Source: Azonexus sp.
Lineage (GTDB): Bacteria; Pseudomonadota; Gammaproteobacteria; Burkholderiales; Rhodocyclaceae
Reading direction: 5' to 3'
Length of the DNA: 56,231 nt
NCBI GenBank assembly: GCA_035298985.1
Contig: DATGXM010000358.1
Span: 1 to 56,231, forward strand
This document shows positions 1-10,283 of this stretch, one piece after another (within the stretch, counting starts at the first letter, position 1; the number at the start of each line of letters is the position of its first letter). Below the pieces are notes generated by a model. That model saw only the letters and a program-made list of their open reading frames with translations, searched no databases and was not told the DNA's origin. The position numbers were made by a program, and so were the translations under genes.

Positions 1-84
1 GCCCCAGACCGGGTCCGGCTCGTAGGTCCGGCGCGCCTGGCGGATGGTGGCAATGTGATCGATATTGACGCCCAGTTCAATCAT
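1..84 (-). CDS. pdxJ: Pyridoxine 5'-phosphate synthase, 5' part (runs off window)
   Basis: Manual translation from ATG at 84 gives [28 protein letters not shown], the PdxJ N-terminal LGVNIDH motif; ATGA overlap with recO stop; canonical rnc-era-recO-pdxJ order. Confidence 0.95.
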   Translation of the reverse strand, partial: MIELGVNIDHIATIRQARRTYEPDPVWG

Positions 85-809
85 AATTCCTGCAACTCCT
101 TGAATATTTTGCGTGTTTCCAGTTCTTTGCCAGCCAGGTAATAAGCCATCAAGGTCCGCATCAACGCCTTCGCTTCCTGGCGCGACCGCGGATCGGAAAA
201 GTCCTCCGCCTCCAGATCAAGCAAGGTCTTGCCGCTGACTACCTGAGCGGCTCCGGCATCATGCTCTAGCCGGACCGGCCCCTGTTCCATGCGATAAGTG
301 TAATGGGCATCCGGAAGCAGTGGGGCTCCGTCGCTATCGTGGTGCAGGGTCAAGCCGTAGCCGAGTTCCTGCAAGAGTGCTTTCTCGAATCGACGTAAAT
401 CTGCCTCGCGCACCTTGCCCAGCGGATCGGCCGCCAGACGCGCCAACATTTCGGCATAGCGCGCGAAAAGCCGCTCATGCGGGTCTTCGCGCGGTAGCAG
501 GTGCATCAACAGCTCGTTCAGGTAATAGCCGCAAAACAGCGCCTCGCCGGCCAACAGCGGCTGACCGCCCTGCCATTCGGCTTTCATCAGGGTCAGCACC
601 TCGCCTTTACCGGCCCACGCTATTTCCAGCGGCTGGAAGGCCATGAGCAGGCCGCGAATGGCTGCCCGCGGACGGCGGGCGCCGCGGGCGAGCAAGGCCA
701 TGCGCCCGAAATCGCGGGAAAACACTTCAACGATGAGACTGGTTTCCCGAAAGGGATAGGTATGCAGAACGTAAGCCGGCTGGCCGTCGACCTTGCTGCG
801 CAGGTTCAT
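81..809 (-). CDS. recO: DNA repair protein RecO
   Basis: [26 protein letters not shown]-terminus, GYYLNELL motif; lies between era and pdxJ. Confidence 0.96.
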   Translation of the reverse strand: MNLRSKVDGQPAYVLHTYPFRETSLIVEVFSRDFGRMALLARGARRPRAAIRGLLMAFQPLEIAWAGKGEVLTLMKAEWQGGQPLLAGEALFCGYYLNELLMHLLPREDPHERLFARYAEMLARLAADPLGKVREADLRRFEKALLQELGYGLTLHHDSDGAPLLPDAHYTYRMEQGPVRLEHDAGAAQVVSGKTLLDLEAEDFSDPRSRQEAKALMRTLMAYYLAGKELETRKIFKELQEL

Positions 810-1690
810 TCGTAGCCGAGGCTCTTCAGCAAGCGCTCGTCATCGTTCCAGCCGGATTTCACCTTGACCCAGATTTCAAGGTACACCTTGCCATCGAACA
901 GCCGCTCCATATCCTGCCGTGCCTCGCTGGCGATGCGCTTGAGCGATTCGCCACCCTTGCCGATGACAATGGCCTTGTGGCCTTCGCGATCGACGACAAT
1001 CGCGGCATAAATGCGGCGCAACGCCCCTTCGACCTCGAAACGCTCGATTTCCACGGCTGTCGCGTAGGGCAATTCGTCACCGAGCAGGCGAAACACCTTT
1101 TCGCGGATGTATTCCGACGCCAGGAAACGTTCGCTCTTGTCGGTCAGATCGTCTTCCGGGAACATCAGGCCTTCGTTCGGCAGATGCTTTCTCGCTTCTG
1201 CGAGCAGGTCATCGGTCTGCTTGCCCTTGGCCGCACTGACGGGAACGACTGCCGCATACTCGAAATCGGCCGAGACGGTAGCCAGGAAGGGCAGCAAGGC
1301 ATTGCGGTCCTTCAACTGATCGGTCTTGTTGACCACTAGGACCACCGGCCTGTCCTTGGGCAGGAGTCGAACGACGGATTTGTCCTTGGCATCGTAGCGC
1401 CCAGCTTCGACAACGAACAACACGACATCGACGTCGTTCAGCGTCTGCGTCACGCCCCGGTTCATCGCCCGGTTCAAGGCGTTGGAAAACTTGGTCTGGA
1501 ATCCCGGCGTATCGACGAAAACGAATTGCGCATCATCGTTGGTCAGAATGCCGGTGATGCGGTGCCGCGTCGTCTGCGCCTTGCGTGAGACGATACTGAT
1601 CTTCTCGCCGACCAGACGATTGAGCAAAGTCGATTTCCCGACATTGGGGCGGCCGACGATGGCGATATAGCCGGAGCGGATTCTTTTCAT
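806..1690 (-). CDS. era: GTPase Era
   Basis: [17 protein letters not shown] and KH-domain IVIGKGG; start moved to ATG at 1690 ([12 protein letters not shown]), overlapping the rnc stop. Confidence 0.97.
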   Translation of the reverse strand: MKRIRSGYIAIVGRPNVGKSTLLNRLVGEKISIVSRKAQTTRHRITGILTNDDAQFVFVDTPGFQTKFSNALNRAMNRGVTQTLNDVDVVLFVVEAGRYDAKDKSVVRLLPKDRPVVLVVNKTDQLKDRNALLPFLATVSADFEYAAVVPVSAAKGKQTDDLLAEARKHLPNEGLMFPEDDLTDKSERFLASEYIREKVFRLLGDELPYATAVEIERFEVEGALRRIYAAIVVDREGHKAIVIGKGGESLKRIASEARQDMERLFDGKVYLEIWVKVKSGWNDDERLLKSLGYE

Positions 1691-2355
1691 GCTTGGAGTT
1701 CTTTCAAGGCCTGTTCGGCGGCCACCTGCTCGGCAATACGCCGGCTGGAACCATGCCCTATGGTACGCAAGGCGGGGTTGTCGATCTCGCAAGCCACCTC
1801 GAAACGCTGCAGGTGTGCAGCACCGGTTGTTTCCAGCAAAAGATAGCGTGGCAAAGGTTTTTTTCGGCCTTGCAGCCACTCCTGCAGGCGGGTCTTGGCA
1901 TCTTTCTGAAACTGACCCGGTTTCAATTCATCAAGCAAGGGGGCGTAGAGCCTCTCGATGATCTGCTGAGCCGCGGCAAAACCGGCATCGAGATAGATCG
2001 CACCGAACAAGGCCTCAAGCGCATCGGCCAGGATCGAAGGTCGTTGCGCGCCACCGCTTTTCAGCTCCCCTTCGCCGAGGCGCAGCACATTGCCAATGCT
2101 GAGCTCCTGCGCCAGCCGATGCAGGGATTCCTGGCGAACCATGTTTGCCCGCAAGCGGGACAAGTCGCCCTCTGGGAGGTTCGGAAAGCGCTGGAACAGC
2201 GATGCGGCAATCACGAAATCCAGAATACCGTCGCCCAGAAACTCCAGGCGCTCGTTATTGGGTATGCCGTAGCTACGATGCGTCAGCGCCGTGATCAACA
2301 GCGCTTCATCGGTAAAAACGTGACCAAGTTTCCTGGCTACAGACTGCGCAGTCAT
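1687..2355 (-). CDS. rnc: Ribonuclease III
   Basis: NERLEFLGD signature, ADALEA, C-terminal dsRBD ([11 protein letters not shown]). Confidence 0.98.
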   Translation of the reverse strand: MTAQSVARKLGHVFTDEALLITALTHRSYGIPNNERLEFLGDGILDFVIAASLFQRFPNLPEGDLSRLRANMVRQESLHRLAQELSIGNVLRLGEGELKSGGAQRPSILADALEALFGAIYLDAGFAAAQQIIERLYAPLLDELKPGQFQKDAKTRLQEWLQGRKKPLPRYLLLETTGAAHLQRFEVACEIDNPALRTIGHGSSRRIAEQVAAEQALKELQA

Positions 2356-2358
2356 TCC

Positions 2359-2712
2359 TTATGACCCAGCGGTCGAACCCTTGTAGTCGATCAACAGGCT
2401 GACATTCCAGAACAGGGGGATACGCTTCTCATAAGCAAATTCGATCACAATCCGTCCGCCATCCTTGGTGACATCCAGTTGTGATGAAGGAAAGTCAAGC
2501 ATGTCGATTTCGGCAAATTTGTCGAAGGTACGGCGCACATCGGCCACTGTCGAATCAGGGCCAACTTTGCTTACCGTCGACTTCGCATCTTTGAGTATCT
2601 TGTTGTATTCGATGAAGGTGGGCAGCACCTTCATCCCAAGGACGGCCACCAGGACGAGAACAATGCTCCAGAACAACAAGCCAGAGAGGGCAACCCCGCG
2701 TTGTTTCTTCAT
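2359..2712 (-). CDS. DUF4845 family pilin-like membrane protein
   Basis: KKQRG plus hydrophobic N-terminus, YEKRIPLFWNVSLLIDY C-terminus; usual position between lepB and rnc. Confidence 0.85.
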   Translation of the reverse strand: MKKQRGVALSGLLFWSIVLVLVAVLGMKVLPTFIEYNKILKDAKSTVSKVGPDSTVADVRRTFDKFAEIDMLDFPSSQLDVTKDGGRIVIEFAYEKRIPLFWNVSLLIDYKGSTAGS

Positions 2713-2722
2713 CTATTTCCCC

Positions 2723-3511
2723 TTACTTGAAGGAACCGACCCGGCTGATATCGCTGAAATTCAACCAGATAAAGAATGCCTTCCCGACAATGTTCTCTTC
2801 GGGCACAAATCCCCAGGCTCGACTGTCCCGGCTGTTGTCTCGATTGTCGCCCATCATGAAATAGTGCCCATCCGGGACCTTGCAGATAACTCCTGCTGCA
2901 TTGTAAGTGCAATTTTCGCGATACGGAAAGCGCGCAGCATCCGGGATGAAGGCTGGGGCGTCGGCATCATTCAGGGTGTAGTGATCGACATTCCCCAGTT
3001 TTTCCTGGAATTGTTCCGAATAATACAAACGCTCGGGGTGAAGATAGTCGCTAACCTTGTGTGTCGGAGCGGCGACGCCGTTGATGGTCAATTTCTTGTT
3101 CTGGTAGGCCACCGTGTCACCGGGCAGACCGACGACCCGCTTGATGTAGTCCAGCGAAGGATCTTCGGGATAGCGGAAGACCATCACATCGCCCCGTTGC
3201 GGCGAGTTAATGTCTATGATTTTCTTGTTGATGACCGGCAGGCGGATACCGTAGGTGAATTTGTTGACCAGAATGAAATCCCCGACCAGCAAGGTAGGAA
3301 TCATCGAACCGGAGGGGATCTTGAACGGCTCGAACAGGAAGGAGCGCAGCACGAAAACGATCAGGATGACCGGAAAAAAACTAGCGCCCCACTCCACCCA
3401 CAGCGGCTCCTTGGAATCCTTGGCACGCAGCTTTCTGAACTTCAGTACATCGACTGCATACAGCACACCGGTAATCACCAGCAGCACAAACAGGATCAGG
3501 GCAAAGTTCAT
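2723..3511 (-). CDS. lepB: Signal peptidase I
   Basis: EPFKIPSGSMIPTL, DYIKRVVGLPGD, GDNRDNSRDSR motifs. Confidence 0.98.
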   Translation of the reverse strand: MNFALILFVLLVITGVLYAVDVLKFRKLRAKDSKEPLWVEWGASFFPVILIVFVLRSFLFEPFKIPSGSMIPTLLVGDFILVNKFTYGIRLPVINKKIIDINSPQRGDVMVFRYPEDPSLDYIKRVVGLPGDTVAYQNKKLTINGVAAPTHKVSDYLHPERLYYSEQFQEKLGNVDHYTLNDADAPAFIPDAARFPYRENCTYNAAGVICKVPDGHYFMMGDNRDNSRDSRAWGFVPEENIVGKAFFIWLNFSDISRVGSFK

Positions 3512-3525
3512 CGAGAGTCTCGTCC

Positions 3526-5316
3526 TCAGTTATCGACACGCAGTACAGCTAGGAAGGCCTCCTGTGGAATTTCCACGGAACCTACCTGCTTCATGCGCTT
3601 CTTGCCGGCCTTCTGCTTTTCCAGAAGTTTCTTTTTGCGAGTGATGTCACCACCGTAACACTTGGCCAGCACGTCCTTGCGCATGGCCTTGACGTTCTCG
3701 CGCGCAATGATGTGCGACCCGATGGCGGCCTGGATAGCCACGTCATACATTTGCCGCGGGATCAGTTCGCGCATCTTGGAGGCCAATTCGCGGCCTCGGT
3801 ATTGCGAGTTGGAGCGGTGCACGATCAGCGACAGGGCATCGACTTTTTCGCTGTTAATCAGGATGTCCAGCTTGACGACATCGGCAGCACGGTATTCCTT
3901 GAAGTCGTAGTCGAGCGAGGCATAGCCTTTGGAACAGGACTTCAGCTTGTCGAAGAAATCCATCACCACTTCCGCCATCGGCATTTCATAGACCAGCTTT
4001 ACCTGGCGGCCGTGGTAGTGCATGTCGACCTGGTTACCGCGCTTTTGATTGCACAGCGTGATGACGTTGCCGAGATAATCCTGCGGTACGAAGATCGTCG
4101 CGGTGATGATCGGCTCGCGCACTTCCTCGATTTTCGAAATTTCCGGCAGCTTGGCTGGATTTTCCACCTGAATAATGCTGCCGTCGCGCTGAACAACCTC
4201 GTAGACGACGGTCGGCGCGGTGGTGATCAGGTCCTGATCGAATTCACGCTCCAGGCGTTCCTGCACGATTTCCATGTGCAACAGGCCGAGGAAGCCGCAA
4301 CGGAAGCCGAAGCCCAAGGCTTGGGAAACTTCAGGCTCATACTGCAGCGAGGCATCGTTGAGCTTGAGTTTTTCCAGTGATTCGCGCAGCGAGTCGTACT
4401 GGTTGGACTCGACCGGATAGAGACCGGCAAACACCTGCGGCTTGATTTCCTTGAAGCCGGGCAGCGGCTCGGCAGCCTTGCGATCCACCGTGGTAATGGT
4501 GTCGCCAACCTTCGCCGCCTTCAGTTCCTTGATACCAGAGATGACGAAGCCCACCTCGCCAGCGCGCAACTCGCTGCGCTGCACCGATTTCGGCGAGAAG
4601 ACGCCGACCTGCTCGCAGAGTTGCTGCGCTTCGGTGGCCATGAAATAGAGCTTGTCCTTCGGGCGCATCACGCCGTCGACGACCCGTACCAGCATGACGA
4701 CGCCGACGTAGTTATCGAACCACGAGTCGATGATCAGGGCCTTGAGCGGCGCTTCCGGGTCGCCCTTGGGCGGTGGTACGCATTTCACCACGGCCTCCAG
4801 GATGTCGGCCACGCCAAGCCCCGTCTTGGCCGAGGCGAGAACCGCGTCGGTGGCATCGATGCCAATGACATCCTCGATTTCCTGACGGGCATTATCGGGG
4901 TCTGCCGACGGCAGGTCGATCTTGTTCAGGACCGGCACGACTTCGACATCAAGTTCGATGGCGGTATAGCAGTTGGCCACGGTCTGGGCTTCGACGCCCT
5001 GCGACGCATCGACCACCAGCAAGGCGCCCTCGCAGGCCGACAGCGAGCGGGAAACTTCATAGGAGAAGTCAACGTGTCCCGGGGTGTCGATCAGGTTCAG
5101 GTTGTACACCTTGCCATCGCGCGCCTTGTAGTTCAGGGCGGCCGTTTGCGCCTTGATGGTGATGCCGCGTTCGCGTTCGATGTCCATCGAATCGAGCACC
5201 TGCGCCTCCATTTCGCGATCGGACAAGCCGCCGCACAGATGGATGATGCGGTCGGCCAGCGTCGATTTGCCGTGGTCGATATGCGCGATGATAGAGAAGT
5301 TTCTAATGTGATCCAT
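3526..5316 (-). CDS. lepA: Elongation factor 4
   Basis: [29 protein letters not shown]-terminal [18 protein letters not shown]. Confidence 0.99.
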   Translation of the reverse strand: MDHIRNFSIIAHIDHGKSTLADRIIHLCGGLSDREMEAQVLDSMDIERERGITIKAQTAALNYKARDGKVYNLNLIDTPGHVDFSYEVSRSLSACEGALLVVDASQGVEAQTVANCYTAIELDVEVVPVLNKIDLPSADPDNARQEIEDVIGIDATDAVLASAKTGLGVADILEAVVKCVPPPKGDPEAPLKALIIDSWFDNYVGVVMLVRVVDGVMRPKDKLYFMATEAQQLCEQVGVFSPKSVQRSELRAGEVGFVISGIKELKAAKVGDTITTVDRKAAEPLPGFKEIKPQVFAGLYPVESNQYDSLRESLEKLKLNDASLQYEPEVSQALGFGFRCGFLGLLHMEIVQERLEREFDQDLITTAPTVVYEVVQRDGSIIQVENPAKLPEISKIEEVREPIITATIFVPQDYLGNVITLCNQKRGNQVDMHYHGRQVKLVYEMPMAEVVMDFFDKLKSCSKGYASLDYDFKEYRAADVVKLDILINSEKVDALSLIVHRSNSQYRGRELASKMRELIPRQMYDVAIQAAIGSHIIARENVKAMRKDVLAKCYGGDITRKKKLLEKQKAGKKRMKQVGSVEIPQEAFLAVLRVDN

Positions 5317-5326
5317 TGCTGCCAGT

Positions 5327-5352
5327 AAAAAAGGGCGCTATCCGGCGCCCTT
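5327..5352 (-). terminator. Intrinsic terminator-like hairpin between the glutaredoxin-like gene and lepA
   Basis: Minus strand AAGGGCGC-CGGATA-GCGCCCTT followed by a T run. Confidence 0.65.
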
Positions 5353-5375
5353 CCCTTTTCAGAAGACCCTGAATT

Positions 5376-5624
5376 CTAGCGGATTCCGGCCAAATATTCA
5401 CGGGTTTTGGCTTCGTCCAGAAAGTAGTGGCAGAGTTCCGTATCGCCGTGCAGCAAGACCGGTACCAGTTCATCGTATTTCGCCTCGAGGGCCGGGTCAG
5501 CATCGACGTCGAGCACCTTTACGGATGCCCCAAACTCTTCCGCCAACGGCGCCAGCGCCACCTCCATGTCGTGACAGAGGTGGCAATAACTGCGGCTCAT
5601 CAGGCTTAACTCAATTGCCACCAT
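5376..5624 (-). CDS. Glutaredoxin-like protein (DUF836 type)
   Basis: CHLC redox motif, DVDADPALEAKYDELVPVL; usual position after mucD in betaproteobacteria. Confidence 0.88.
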   Translation of the reverse strand: MVAIELSLMSRSYCHLCHDMEVALAPLAEEFGASVKVLDVDADPALEAKYDELVPVLLHGDTELCHYFLDEAKTREYLAGIR

Positions 5625-7044
5625 TCAGGCCTTTGATCGTGATGAAAGTCTGCATTTCGCCGCGCCGGACGAGCAAGGTCACATTGCTGCCCTTGTCGAA
5701 CTGGCTCAGCAGCTTGTTGAATTGCTCAACCGTCTTGACTTCGGTAGTCGCACCCTTGCTGATCACGGCAATGATGACATCCCCCGGACGCAGGTCGGAG
5801 CGGGCGCCAATACCGCGCACGTCCTCTATCACAAGCCCGGAATTCATCCTCAATTCGCGCTTTTGTTCTGCCGACAGTTCGCTCACCACCAAGCCCAGGC
5901 GATTGGGAGCCTGTTCGGTGGGCTTTGCACCTTTCTGAACCTTGGCGCTCGCCTGCTTTTCATCAGGCATCTCACCGACAATAACCGGAATATCGCGGGT
6001 CGAACCCTTGCGCCAGACCTGGAGGGTGGAACGCGTTCCTGGGCGGGTCGAACCCACCAAACGCGGCAGATCGGAGGACGAGTTGATTGCCTTGCCGTCA
6101 AATTTCAGGATGACGTCACCGGGTTCCAGCCCCGCCTTTTCCGCGGGCCCGCCCTTCTCTACCGAATTCACCACGGCGCCCATGGCTCGTGCCAAGCCCA
6201 GCGAATCGGCCAATTCCTTGCTGACCTCCTGAATCACCACACCCAAGCGGCCACGGCTTACTTTGCCGGATGCCCGTAACTGGCTCTGGATATCCATCGC
6301 GACATCGATCGGAATCGCGAAGGAAACACCCATATAACCGCCGCTACGGCTATAGATTTGGGAGTTGATGCCGACCACCTCGCCGCGCATGTTGAACAGC
6401 GGGCCGCCGGAATTGCCCGGATTGATCGCGACGTCGGTCTGAATGAAGGGAACGTAATTTTCCTGCGGCAACGAACGCCCCTTGGCCGAAACGATGCCCG
6501 CCGTTACGGAGTTGTCGAAACCGAATGGCGAGCCGATAGCGACCACCCATTCGCCGACCTTCAGCTGAGCCGGGTCCCCCATCCTGACGACCGGCAGTCC
6601 CGATGCCTCGATCTTGATCAGCGCAATATCCGTTCGCTTGTCGGCACCGATAATCCGCGCCTTGAACTCGCGTTTGTCAGTCAGGCGGACGGTGACTTCG
6701 TCTGCTGCGTCGACGACATGGGCATTGGTCAAAATATAGCCGTCACCGCTGATCACAAAACCGGAACCCAGTGACTTGTTCTCAAAGTCGCGCGGGATAC
6801 CGCCTCCCGGCGAACGCGGGACGAACCGCTTGAAGAACTCGAAGGCCGGGTCGTTCTCATCAAACGGGAACGGCATCATCTGGGCCTGGCCGCGCACGAC
6901 CTGGGTGGTGCTGATATTCACGACCGCCGGCCCCTGCTTTTCGGCGAGCTCGGAAAAATCCGGCAGCCCGCGGGTCTGTGCAAAGGCAAAGTTAGTCAAA
7001 AACCAAAGGAAAAACAGACTGGCTAAACGTTTCATGGTCAACAC
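5611..7044 (-). CDS. mucD: HtrA/DegP-family periplasmic serine protease with two PDZ domains (MucD-like); start may be ATG at 7035
   Basis: Signal peptide, TNAHVV, DIALIK, GNSGGPL catalytic motifs; downstream of rpoE-rseC. Confidence 0.93.
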   Translation of the reverse strand: MLTMKRLASLFFLWFLTNFAFAQTRGLPDFSELAEKQGPAVVNISTTQVVRGQAQMMPFPFDENDPAFEFFKRFVPRSPGGGIPRDFENKSLGSGFVISGDGYILTNAHVVDAADEVTVRLTDKREFKARIIGADKRTDIALIKIEASGLPVVRMGDPAQLKVGEWVVAIGSPFGFDNSVTAGIVSAKGRSLPQENYVPFIQTDVAINPGNSGGPLFNMRGEVVGINSQIYSRSGGYMGVSFAIPIDVAMDIQSQLRASGKVSRGRLGVVIQEVSKELADSLGLARAMGAVVNSVEKGGPAEKAGLEPGDVILKFDGKAINSSSDLPRLVGSTRPGTRSTLQVWRKGSTRDIPVIVGEMPDEKQASAKVQKGAKPTEQAPNRLGLVVSELSAEQKRELRMNSGLVIEDVRGIGARSDLRPGDVIIAVISKGATTEVKTVEQFNKLLSQFDKGSNVTLLVRRGEMQTFITIKGLNGGN

Positions 7045-7058
7045 GACCTCCTGATCAG

Positions 7059-7493
7059 CTAGGAACGAGAAACAATATAGGGACGGTTTTCGGTAATTCC
7101 AGTCTTTTGGCGCACGCGCAGTCGGATGTAGGCAAAAGCAGCGATCAATCCGCTAAGCGCACCGACTACTGCTCCGGCATCCCCACCGAACCGCATACCA
7201 ACAAAAGCGCCACCAATGGCACTCAGCAGGGGAATGCCATAGGCCAGATTGGCCGTGCGGCGGACACTGCCGGGGGCAGTGGCGACCACCACGCGATCGC
7301 CAACGCTTGCGCCTATGGTGTTTTCAGCATGATATGACTTAGGACCGCCGCAGAACATCTGCGTCAGTTGCTGCCCGCCGCAGCCGCCTTCTTCATGGCA
7401 ACGGCCACAGCCCCCCTGCTCCACTTCAACCAGGGCATCGCTACCGTCCAGGGCGCGAACCACGCCGCGGATGGTGATCAGTTCTTCATTCAT
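7059..7493 (-). CDS. rseC: RseC/MucC family protein (SoxR reducing system)
   Basis: CGRCHEEGGCG cysteine motif, two C-terminal hydrophobic helices; ATG at 7493. Confidence 0.9.
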   Translation of the reverse strand: MNEELITIRGVVRALDGSDALVEVEQGGCGRCHEEGGCGGQQLTQMFCGGPKSYHAENTIGASVGDRVVVATAPGSVRRTANLAYGIPLLSAIGGAFVGMRFGGDAGAVVGALSGLIAAFAYIRLRVRQKTGITENRPYIVSRS

Positions 7494-7495
7494 TG

Positions 7496-8095
7496 CTACC
7501 AACGTTTATCTGGCGCCGTATCGAGCAGAGGCCGCAACTTGGCGGCGACCGCCTCGCGCGCACGGAAAATTCGGGAACGGACAGTCCCAATTGGACACCT
7601 CATGATGTCGGCAATTTCCTCGTAAGAGAGCCCTTCGAGCTCCCGCAGGACAATGGCCGTTCTCAGTTCCTCAGGCAGCGAATCCATCGCAGAATTCACT
7701 GTTTGTCCGATCTGCTTCGAGAGCAGAAGACTCTCCGGGGTATTGATATCCCGTAGCTGGGACGCATCCTCGAAGGTTTCGGCTTCCTCGGAATCGTACT
7801 CCGTCGTTGTCGGCGCCCGCCGACCCTGCGAAACCAGGTAATTTTTGGCGGTGTTGATGCCGATGCGATAGAGCCAGGTGTAAAAAGCACTTTCTCCGCG
7901 AAATGACGGCAAGGCGCGATATGCCTTGATAAATGCTTCCTGCGAGACATCTTCGACTTCAGCTTGGTCGCGGATGAAGCGCGACAGCAAACGTCCCAGC
8001 TTTCGCTGGTATTTGCTCACCAATTGGTCGAAGGCGTGCTGATCTCCGCCTTGCGCCCTTTCGACCAGCAACTGATCGATTTCGCGCTCACTCAT
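7496..8095 (-). CDS. rpoE: ECF sigma factor RpoE (sigma-24/AlgU type)
   Basis: DQLLVERAQ, FRGESAFYTWLYRIGINTAKNYL, GTVRSRIFRARE; divergent from nadB. Confidence 0.97.
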   Translation of the reverse strand: MSEREIDQLLVERAQGGDQHAFDQLVSKYQRKLGRLLSRFIRDQAEVEDVSQEAFIKAYRALPSFRGESAFYTWLYRIGINTAKNYLVSQGRRAPTTTEYDSEEAETFEDASQLRDINTPESLLLSKQIGQTVNSAMDSLPEELRTAIVLRELEGLSYEEIADIMRCPIGTVRSRIFRAREAVAAKLRPLLDTAPDKRW

Positions 8096-8267
8096 GGCTC
8101 TGGCTTCCCTGAGGGTAATGATTTGTATGATTATTGGACGCAGTATAGCGCAGTGATTTTGAGGCTGAGGAGAGGTATTTATCCTTAATTGTGACTATGT
8201 GTAACGGGATCATCCCTGCGCTGCATGCTATATTTCGCGCAAAACTATTCCTACATAGAGAACAGCC

Positions 8268-9845
8268 GTGCAGAAATATGATGTCCTGATCGTTGGTAGT
8301 GGGCTTGCCGGGCAGTCGGCCGCCTTGAGACTGGCCCCCCACTGCCGGGTTGCCCTGATCAGCAAGCGCAGCCTGGAAGACTCAGCCTCGGGTTGGGCCC
8401 AGGGCGGGATCGCCGCCGTACTCGACAGCAAAGATTCGATCGAGGCCCATATCCATGACACACTGATCGCCGGAGCCTGGCTCAACGATGAAAAGGCAAC
8501 CCGTTTCGTGGTCGAAAACGGCCGCCGCGTGATCGAATGGCTGATTGACCAGGGGGTGCCCTTCACCAAGGACGATGCTGGCTATCACCTGACTCGAGAG
8601 GGTGGACACAGCGCACGACGAGTCATCCATGTAGCCGATGCCACCGGACTGGCCGTACAGGACACGCTGACCAGAAAAGTCCGCGCCAACCCTAACATCA
8701 CGGTGCTGGAAGATCATATTGCGATCGACCTGATTACCGGCGACAAGCTGGGCAAGGCCGACAAACGCTGTTACGGCGCCTACGTGCTGAACAACTTGAC
8801 CGGCGAAGTGATCACCATTGGTGCGCCCAATACGCTGATTGCCACTGGCGGTGCCGGCAAGGTCTATCTCTACACGACTAACCCGGACACCTCGACCGGC
8901 GACGGCATCGCCATGGCTTATCGTGCCGGCTGCCGGGTCGCCAACATGGAATTCATCCAGTTTCATCCGACCTGCCTGTATCACCCGCAAGCCAAGTCCT
9001 TCCTGATTTCCGAGGCCGTGCGCGGCGAAGGCGGCCTGTTGCGCCTGCCGGACGGCAGCCGGTTCATGCCGGAACATGACGACCGTGCCGAACTGGCGCC
9101 GCGCGACATCGTTGCCCGAGCCATCGACTTCGAAATGAAGAAACGGGGCCTCGACTGTGTTTTCCTGGATATCTCGCACAAGGGCGAAGAATTTATTCGT
9201 GGCCATTTCCCCAACATCCATGCGCGCTGCCTGGAACTGGGCATCGACATCACCCGCGACCCCATCCCGGTCGTCCCGGCGGCACACTACACCTGCGGCG
9301 GCATCGTCAGCGATCAGCACGGACGCACCGATGTGACCGGGCTGTATGTGGCCGGCGAAGCCTCCTGCACCGGCCTCCATGGTGCCAATCGCCTGGCGTC
9401 CAACTCGCTGCTCGAATGCCTGGTCTTTGCCGAGGCGGCGGTTTCTGACATCCTGGATAAGAAAAACATCCCTATTCCAACACTTCCCCAGTGGGACGAA
9501 AGCCGGGTCACCGATGCCGACGAGGAAGTGGTCATTTCCCACAACTGGGATGAACTGCGGCGCTTCATGTGGGACTACGTCGGCATTGTCCGCACGACCA
9601 AGCGACTGAAACGCGCCAAGCACCGGATTGGCCTGCTGATGCGGGAAATCGACGAGTTCTACGCCAATTTCCGGGTCAGCCACGACCTGATCGAATTGCG
9701 CAATCTGGTTTTCACGGCCGACCTGATCGTGCGCTGCGCCATGCAGCGCAAGGAAAGCCGCGGGCTGCACTTCTCCCGGGATTACCCGGAAATGGCGGCC
9801 AAGGCCAGGAATACCGTTCTCAAGCGTCGTTTTCCGGGCCGCTGA
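8268..9845 (+). CDS. nadB: L-aspartate oxidase
   Basis: GSGLAG FAD motif, [32 protein letters not shown]. Confidence 0.98.
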   Translation: MQKYDVLIVGSGLAGQSAALRLAPHCRVALISKRSLEDSASGWAQGGIAAVLDSKDSIEAHIHDTLIAGAWLNDEKATRFVVENGRRVIEWLIDQGVPFTKDDAGYHLTREGGHSARRVIHVADATGLAVQDTLTRKVRANPNITVLEDHIAIDLITGDKLGKADKRCYGAYVLNNLTGEVITIGAPNTLIATGGAGKVYLYTTNPDTSTGDGIAMAYRAGCRVANMEFIQFHPTCLYHPQAKSFLISEAVRGEGGLLRLPDGSRFMPEHDDRAELAPRDIVARAIDFEMKKRGLDCVFLDISHKGEEFIRGHFPNIHARCLELGIDITRDPIPVVPAAHYTCGGIVSDQHGRTDVTGLYVAGEASCTGLHGANRLASNSLLECLVFAEAAVSDILDKKNIPIPTLPQWDESRVTDADEEVVISHNWDELRRFMWDYVGIVRTTKRLKRAKHRIGLLMREIDEFYANFRVSHDLIELRNLVFTADLIVRCAMQRKESRGLHFSRDYPEMAAKARNTVLKRRFPGR

Positions 9846-10257
9846 ATTTGGCACGCCAGCGCAAGAATACACGCAGGCGTCTGAAATCTTCCGGATTCAT
9901 CGTATCTTGCGTCGCCAGCAAGGTATGGCGTTTGCCGGATTCATCCTGAAAACGAATCACCGTCAGCCAAGGATGGACACTGGCCCCCGTCCGAACATCC
10001 ATAGCTTTGAATTCGGCATCCGATTCATGCGATGCAAAAATACGCCCAGATCGCTCCAGCTTGATAAACCCAAGTTCTGGTTTCAATTGCCGCCAGGCGG
10101 CATAGCAACCGGCCGCAACTGCTGCAATCCCCGCCAGCCTGATAGCCAAGGTCTGAGGCCAGGTTGCAAAAGCGCTGATGGCCAGCACGGCAGTAGACAG
10201 CAAAACGCCATCCAGAATGCGAGAACGGTGCAGTCCGATGATGATCGGAAACTGCAC
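9820..10257 (-). CDS. YgfX/CptA-like small membrane protein
   Basis: Probable GTG start at 10257 after AAGGA; two N-terminal TM segments and C-terminal [17 protein letters not shown], typical of YgfX; convergent with nadB. Confidence 0.75.
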   Translation of the reverse strand: MQFPIIIGLHRSRILDGVLLSTAVLAISAFATWPQTLAIRLAGIAAVAAGCYAAWRQLKPELGFIKLERSGRIFASHESDAEFKAMDVRTGASVHPWLTVIRFQDESGKRHTLLATQDTMNPEDFRRLRVFLRWRAKFSGPENDA

Positions 10258-10283
10258 CGTTCGAGTCCTTGCGGAAAAGTGGC

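Noticed and set aside
806-1879. Extended ORF-track starts for era (also uvrB 27065, vgrG 31194, HAD 19772, yceD 16393, iscR 50627, PEP-CTERM 54490)
   Set aside because: The extensions overlap neighbouring genes or promoters; homology-like sequence and RBSs begin at the downstream starts used above
8382-9872. 496-aa ORF antisense to nadB, considered as a displaced rseA/rseB
   Set aside because: No anti-sigma or MucB features; shadow of nadB
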